A DNA stretch of 64,000 bases from Heptranchias perlo. Lineage: Eukaryota. This document shows, in pieces, positions 62,401-64,000 of this stretch (position 1 is the first letter of the stretch; every line of letters starts with the position of its first letter). The notes below the pieces were generated by a model. It was not told where the DNA came from and did not search any database. It saw only the letters and a list, made by a program, of their open reading frames with translations. The stretch is taken from the NCBI RefSeq assembly GCF_035084215.1, contig NW_027139284.1:62001-126000 (forward strand). The letters are read 5' to 3'. A program made the translations under genes and the position numbers.

Positions 62401-63325
62401 GGATACGGGGGGGTGAGGGGTGAACGGGACTCGGTGTGAGTTAGGATACGGGGGGCTGAGGGGTGAACGGGACTCGGTGTGAGTTAGGATACGGGGGGGG
62501 GTGAGGGGTGAACGGGACTCGGTGTGAGTTAGGATACGGGGGGGTGAGGGGTGAACGGGACTCGGTGTGAGTTAGGATACGGGGGGGTGAGGGGTGAACG
62601 GGACTCGGTGTGAGTTAGGATACGGGGGGGTGAGGGGTGAACGGGACTCGGTGTGAGTTAGGATACGGGGGGTGAGGGGTGAACGGGACTCGGTGTGAGT
62701 TAGGATACGGGGGGTGAGGGGTGAACGGGACTCGGTGTGAGTTAGGATACGGGGGTGAGGGGTGAACGGGACTCGGTGTGAGTTAGGATACGGGGGGGGT
62801 GAGGGGTGAACGGGACTCGGTGTGAGTTAGGATACGGGGGGGTGAGGGGTGAACGGGACTCGGTGTGAGTTAGGATACGGGGGGGTGAGGGGTGAACGGG
62901 ACTCGGTGTGAGTTAGGATACGGGGGGGTGAGGGGTGAACGGGACTCGGTGTGAGTTAGGATACGGGGGTGAGGGGTGAACGGGACTTATTATGAATGGA
63001 CTGAAATCTCCTGACCGACCTGAACAGACGAGTCCAGCGTCCTGGTTGCAGGTGTTGTTTGACAGTGGGTTGGAGGCACACTGGTGAAGGTCAGACTCTC
63101 TTCCATCGCACTGGACGGGCCCGAGGAGTGTCTGCCTGGCCCCTGGGCCTCGCTGGGTCACGGTCACTCTCTCCGCTCTCCCACAGCTCAGCTGTCGGCA
63201 GACCACGTCTCCGTCGGTGAAGTCCCAGTCTTGCCCGCAGACCCTCCCCCAGGTGTCGTTCTGGAAGATCTCGACTATCCCCGAGCACATGTTATTCCCG
63301 CCTGCCAGTCTGACCGGGAAGGGCC
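2322..63325 (-). CDS. Partial multi-exon DMBT1/CD163/WC1-like scavenger receptor gene with 38 group-B SRCR exons; 5' end outside window
   Basis: 38 repeats of PVRLVNG..C.GRVEV....WG.VC..GW....A.VVCR.L.CG....G.G.G.IWLD.V.C.G.E..L..C......C.H..DAGV.C (typically 8 Cys, one exon per domain), each bounded by CAG| and G|GT in phase 1, lengths 306-315 nt. Exact orthology cannot be determined from this window. Confidence 0.9.
2660..3170 (-). mobile_element. Deu-domain SINE fragment with an internal ~88-bp unit amplified ~5 times
   Basis: cctcggtttaacgtctcatccgaaagacggcacctccgacagtgcagcactccctcagtactg resembles the reverse complement of the DeuSINE/AmnSINE/SacSINE core as I recall it. Confidence 0.6.
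3205..4645 (-). mobile_element. CR1 LINE 3' fragments (RT C-terminus and 3' UTR) with internal tandem amplification
   Basis: Translates to CR1 RT tail motifs [32 protein letters not shown] and [13 protein letters not shown]. Confidence 0.85.
3983..4441. repeat. 51-bp tandem repeat (~9 copies) derived from CR1 RT
   Basis: In-frame [17 protein letters not shown] repeats. Confidence 0.95.
4682..4857 (-). CDS. Candidate exon following the last SRCR exon (176 nt, phase 1 to 0)
   Basis: Strong acceptor cctctttctttccccgttattacag|GA and donor GGA|GTGAGT; open in the phase left by SRCR exons: [59 protein letters not shown]. Confidence 0.6.
5259..5825. repeat. 44-bp tandem repeat (~13 copies) from the CR1 3' end
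   Basis: Unit ggaacaggaggaggcccattcagcccctcgagcctgttactata. Confidence 0.95.
5790..6240 (-). mobile_element. CR1 LINE 3' fragment
   Basis: [30 protein letters not shown]; near-identical copy at ~34530-35010. Confidence 0.85.
6490..7195 (-). mobile_element. LINE (L2/CR1-group) 3' fragment with an internal ~79-bp tandem repeat
   Basis: [28 protein letters not shown] motif; related copy at ~59255-59520. Confidence 0.6.
7460..7765 (-). CDS. SRCR exon, last in the array (9-nt deletion variant)
   Basis: 306 nt, AG/GT bounded, [10 protein letters not shown]. Confidence 0.9.
7976..8826 (+). mobile_element. 5'-truncated CR1 LINE inserted in the 22-bp donor array
   Basis: [16 protein letters not shown]...[10 protein letters not shown]...[12 protein letters not shown]; ttcttatg tail; flanked by tgagcaggta on both sides. 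Confidence 0.9.
8981..9295 (-). CDS. SRCR exon
   Basis: 315 nt, phase 1-1, VEVNHNSVW. Confidence 0.9.
9529..9843 (-). CDS. SRCR exon
   Basis: 315 nt, phase 1-1. Confidence 0.9.
10274..10588 (-). CDS. SRCR exon
   Basis: 315 nt, [10 protein letters not shown] variant. Confidence 0.9.
11076..11112 (-). ncRNA. Minimal hammerhead ribozyme with mutated core (GAUA for GAAA)
   Basis: Minus strand tcac-CTGACGA-aggag-atagt-ctcc-GATA-gctt-gtga. Confidence 0.6.
13425..13461 (+). ncRNA. Minimal (dimer-type) hammerhead ribozyme of the Penelope pseudo-LTR
   Basis: tcac-CTGACGA-aggag-ataat-ctcc-GAAA-gctt-gtga: both core boxes, stem II GGAG/CTCC, stem I TCAC/GTGA, palindromic AGCT stem III. Confidence 0.75.
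14211..14525 (-). CDS. SRCR exon
   Basis: 315 nt, phase 1-1. Confidence 0.9.
14781..15095 (-). CDS. SRCR exon
   Basis: 315 nt, VEVDRISVW. Confidence 0.9.
15234..15539 (-). CDS. SRCR exon (9-nt deletion variant)
   Basis: 306 nt, shares its deletion with 7460-7765. Confidence 0.9.
15810..16124 (-). CDS. SRCR exon
   Basis: 315 nt, phase 1-1. Confidence 0.9.
16265..16590 (-). mobile_element. Short CR1-like 3' fragment
   Basis: Reverse complement gives acttttttgcccagagggtggtgggtgtatagaattc (FF.QRVV..WN motif) and a CR1-like 3' end. Confidence 0.6.
16625..18918 (-). mobile_element. CR1 LINE, 5'-truncated, with a 397-aa RT ORF (16711-17904) and disrupted upstream ORF2
   Basis: [39 protein letters not shown] motifs; inserted within the 22-bp donor array. 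Confidence 0.95.
18941..19255 (-). CDS. SRCR exon
   Basis: 315 nt, extra Cys in VYCNS. Confidence 0.9.
19571..19885 (-). CDS. SRCR exon
   Basis: 315 nt. Confidence 0.9.
20243..20557 (-). CDS. SRCR exon
   Basis: 315 nt. Confidence 0.9.
21061..21375 (-). CDS. SRCR exon
   Basis: 315 nt. Confidence 0.9.
21609..21923 (-). CDS. SRCR exon
   Basis: 315 nt. Confidence 0.9.
22274..22588 (-). CDS. SRCR exon
   Basis: 315 nt, extra Cys in AQCGEG. Confidence 0.9.
22946..23260 (-). CDS. SRCR exon
   Basis: 315 nt, W>C (NGCD) and V>E (DDERC). Confidence 0.88.
23764..24078 (-). CDS. SRCR exon
   Basis: 315 nt, VYCNS. Confidence 0.9.
24312..24626 (-). CDS. SRCR exon
   Basis: 315 nt; protein identical to 21609-21923. 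Confidence 0.9.
24955..25269 (-). CDS. SRCR exon
   Basis: 315 nt. Confidence 0.9.
25620..25934 (-). CDS. SRCR exon
   Basis: 315 nt. Confidence 0.9.
26278..26592 (-). CDS. SRCR exon
   Basis: 315 nt, NGFDII. Confidence 0.9.
26804..27118 (-). CDS. SRCR exon
   Basis: 315 nt. Confidence 0.9.
27345..27659 (-). CDS. SRCR exon
   Basis: 315 nt, VEFHHNSVW. Confidence 0.9.
27981..28295 (-). CDS. SRCR exon (Cys2>Ser)
   Basis: 315 nt, WGTVSDNG. Confidence 0.9.
28580..28894 (-). CDS. SRCR exon
   Basis: 315 nt, NSVSGT (W>S). Confidence 0.9.
29121..29435 (-). CDS. SRCR exon (Cys2>Ser)
   Basis: 315 nt, WGTVSDNG. Confidence 0.9.
29771..30085 (-). CDS. SRCR exon
   Basis: 315 nt; single unduplicated donor. 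Confidence 0.9.
30444..30758 (-). CDS. SRCR exon
   Basis: 315 nt. Confidence 0.9.
30970..31284 (-). CDS. SRCR exon
   Basis: 315 nt. Confidence 0.9.
31797..32111 (-). CDS. SRCR exon
   Basis: 315 nt; followed by ~19 donor units. Confidence 0.9.
32491..32805 (-). CDS. SRCR exon
   Basis: 315 nt. Confidence 0.9.
33442..33756 (-). CDS. SRCR exon
   Basis: 315 nt. Confidence 0.9.
33939..34253 (-). CDS. SRCR exon (first of the dense 32-exon array)
   Basis: 315 nt. Confidence 0.9.
34515..35100 (-). mobile_element. CR1 LINE 3' fragment
   Basis: Near-identical to 5790-6240. Confidence 0.8.
35094..35388. repeat. 37-bp tandem repeat (~8 copies)
   Basis: Unit ggaacccagtatcagtctgagt(c/a)agtcttgctgtcct. 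Confidence 0.95.
35535..35940 (-). mobile_element. CR1 LINE 3' fragment
   Basis: [24 protein letters not shown]...[14 protein letters not shown]. Confidence 0.85.
36400..37480 (+). mobile_element. CR1 fragment with a 99-bp unit amplified ~8 times (36490-37268)
   Basis: [13 protein letters not shown] then repeats of [33 protein letters not shown], then [13 protein letters not shown]. Confidence 0.9.
37645..38085 (+). mobile_element. CR1 LINE 3' fragment
   Basis: Same family as 7976-8826. Confidence 0.85.
38090..39540 (-). mobile_element. Degraded CR1 LINE (RT region)
   Basis: [19 protein letters not shown]...FIDDTRIGG; [10 protein letters not shown]. Confidence 0.8.
39857..40168 (-). CDS. 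SRCR exon, divergent type ([10 protein letters not shown])
   Basis: 312 nt; cgcag| and G|GTAAAG; 8 Cys; no splice-site repeats. Confidence 0.88.
40241..42395. repeat. ~79-bp minisatellite (~27 copies)
   Basis: Unit cccaggctccctccccggcctgtgataagttaggcctgatctcccccccggggatggactgagtgataccacagt. Confidence 0.95.
42632..42946 (-). CDS. SRCR exon, divergent
   Basis: 315 nt; tctattccag| and G|GTAATT; no splice-site repeats. Confidence 0.88.
43040..43660 (-). mobile_element. Deu-domain SINE with the same ~88-bp amplification as 2660-3170
   Basis: Shared core and shared flanking junction into CR1. Confidence 0.6.
43700..44315 (-). mobile_element. CR1 LINE 3' fragment
   Basis: [35 protein letters not shown]. 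Confidence 0.9.
44430..45636. repeat. ~106-bp GC-rich minisatellite (~11 copies)
   Basis: Unit gaattaaccccagatccccgagggtgaggggtcagtgtctgacccacccagtctccatcagagggaggagccccttcaccccctctgtctggg... Confidence 0.95.
45816..46636 (-). repeat. Expanded 22-bp donor array (~37 copies), mostly CGG|GTGAGT variant
   Basis: cactcacccga(g/a)caggtaactc units. Confidence 0.95.
46637..46951 (-). CDS. SRCR exon
   Basis: 315 nt; acceptor array extends to ~47305. Confidence 0.88.
47490..54818. repeat. ~51-bp G-rich satellite (~7.3 kb, ~140 copies)
   Basis: Unit gggattagactgggtgggatattaaagggtacggggagtgagggggagagt. Confidence 0.97.
54819..55520 (-). mobile_element. CR1 LINE fragment
   Basis: [16 protein letters not shown]...[10 protein letters not shown]. 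Confidence 0.9.
55725..56039 (-). CDS. SRCR exon
   Basis: 315 nt; donor G|GTGAGA not duplicated; [18 protein letters not shown] variant. Confidence 0.88.
56355..58100. repeat. ~49-bp C-rich minisatellite (~35 copies)
   Basis: Unit aatcccactgccccactctctccccatagccctgtatcaatcccaaact. Confidence 0.95.
58475..58789 (-). CDS. SRCR exon
   Basis: 315 nt; donor array 58168-58474, acceptor array to ~59120. Confidence 0.88.
59522..62987. repeat. ~43-bp G-rich minisatellite (~80 copies)
   Basis: Unit ggatac(g)ntgaggggtgaacgggactcggtgtgagtta. Confidence 0.97.
63020..63325 (-). CDS. SRCR exon, divergent type ([10 protein letters not shown])
   Basis: 306 nt; cccgcag| and G|GTCGGT; 8 Cys. Confidence 0.82.
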
Positions 63326-63460
63326 CTGCGGGAGACAGCACCAGATCAGGACAATTCTCCGACTGTGGCTATTATCCCCCCCCGTCCTTCTGTCCTGAAG
63401 GTACCGACTCCTGCAGGGGGAGGCCGTTCAGCCCCTCGAGCCTGTTACTATCGGAACAAA

Positions 63461-63910
63461 TGTAAGGAGTCTTACAACACCAGGTTATAGTACAACAGCT
63501 TTATTTGAAATCACAAGCTTTCGGAGCTTTGCTCCTTCGTCAGGTGAGTGTGGGATTCCATAAAAGCACAGCATTTATAGTCAGAGAACAATGCCTGGTG
63601 ATTGCAGATAATCTTTCCAACTGCCCGTTATCACACCTTGGCAGAGAGATAATCAAAGCAATCAAAGGAGTGAATGGTGTTCAGACAGGGAAACATTACA
63701 TCCAAGAATACTGAACACACAAGCGGTCAGATCACAAAGACAGAGAGAGAGAGGGGGAGAGAGAGAGAGGTCCGAAAGGCAGAGAGAGAGAGAAAATGAC
63801 CAGTTGTATTAAAAACAGATAACTTTTTTTCGCTGGTGGGGTTACGTGTAGCGTGACATGAACCCAAGATCCCGGTTGAGGCCGTCCTCATGGGTGCAGA
63901 CCTTGGCTGA
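63461..63910 (-). mobile_element. Penelope-like element 3' end / pseudo-LTR fragment
   Basis: Homologous to 11027-11420. Confidence 0.85.
63511..63547 (-). ncRNA. Minimal hammerhead ribozyme with intact core, sense to the host gene
   Basis: Minus strand tcac-CTGACGA-aggag-caaag-ctcc-GAAA-gctt-gtga. Confidence 0.72.
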
Positions 63911-64000
63911 TTTCCCCTCTCTCCAACCCAGGGGTCACTGGACAGTGATCAGGAGCAGGAACCCTGGCTGATTTCCCCTCTCTCTAACCCAGGGGTCACT

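Noticed and set aside
59522-62987. Telomeric repeat or immunoglobulin switch region
   Set aside because: Contains only isolated GTTAGG, no (TTAGGG)n, no dense AGCT motifs and no Ig exons.

Overview
Vertebrate genomic DNA, probably from a cartilaginous fish (inferred from the CR1 LINE, Deu-domain SINE and Penelope families present). The window is the interior of one large minus-strand DMBT1/CD163/WC1-like gene. It holds 38 single-exon group-B scavenger receptor cysteine-rich (SRCR) domains, all in open frame and phase 1-1, and 32 of them are packed into 7.4-34.3 kb. Two candidate downstream non-SRCR exons are also present. The start of the gene lies beyond position 64000. The most unusual feature is that the short introns of the SRCR array consist almost entirely of tandem copies of their own splice sites. 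A 22-bp unit carries a consensus donor (CAG|GTGAGT) plus a U1-snRNA-like anti-donor (TTACCTG). A 73-bp unit carries a branch point, pyrimidine tract and AG plus a potential 30-nt frame-preserving microexon. The larger introns hold CR1 fragments, a 2.5-kb fold-back Penelope element with hammerhead ribozymes, and many minisatellites, several amplified from retroelement fragments. All splicing statements are predictions from sequence alone.
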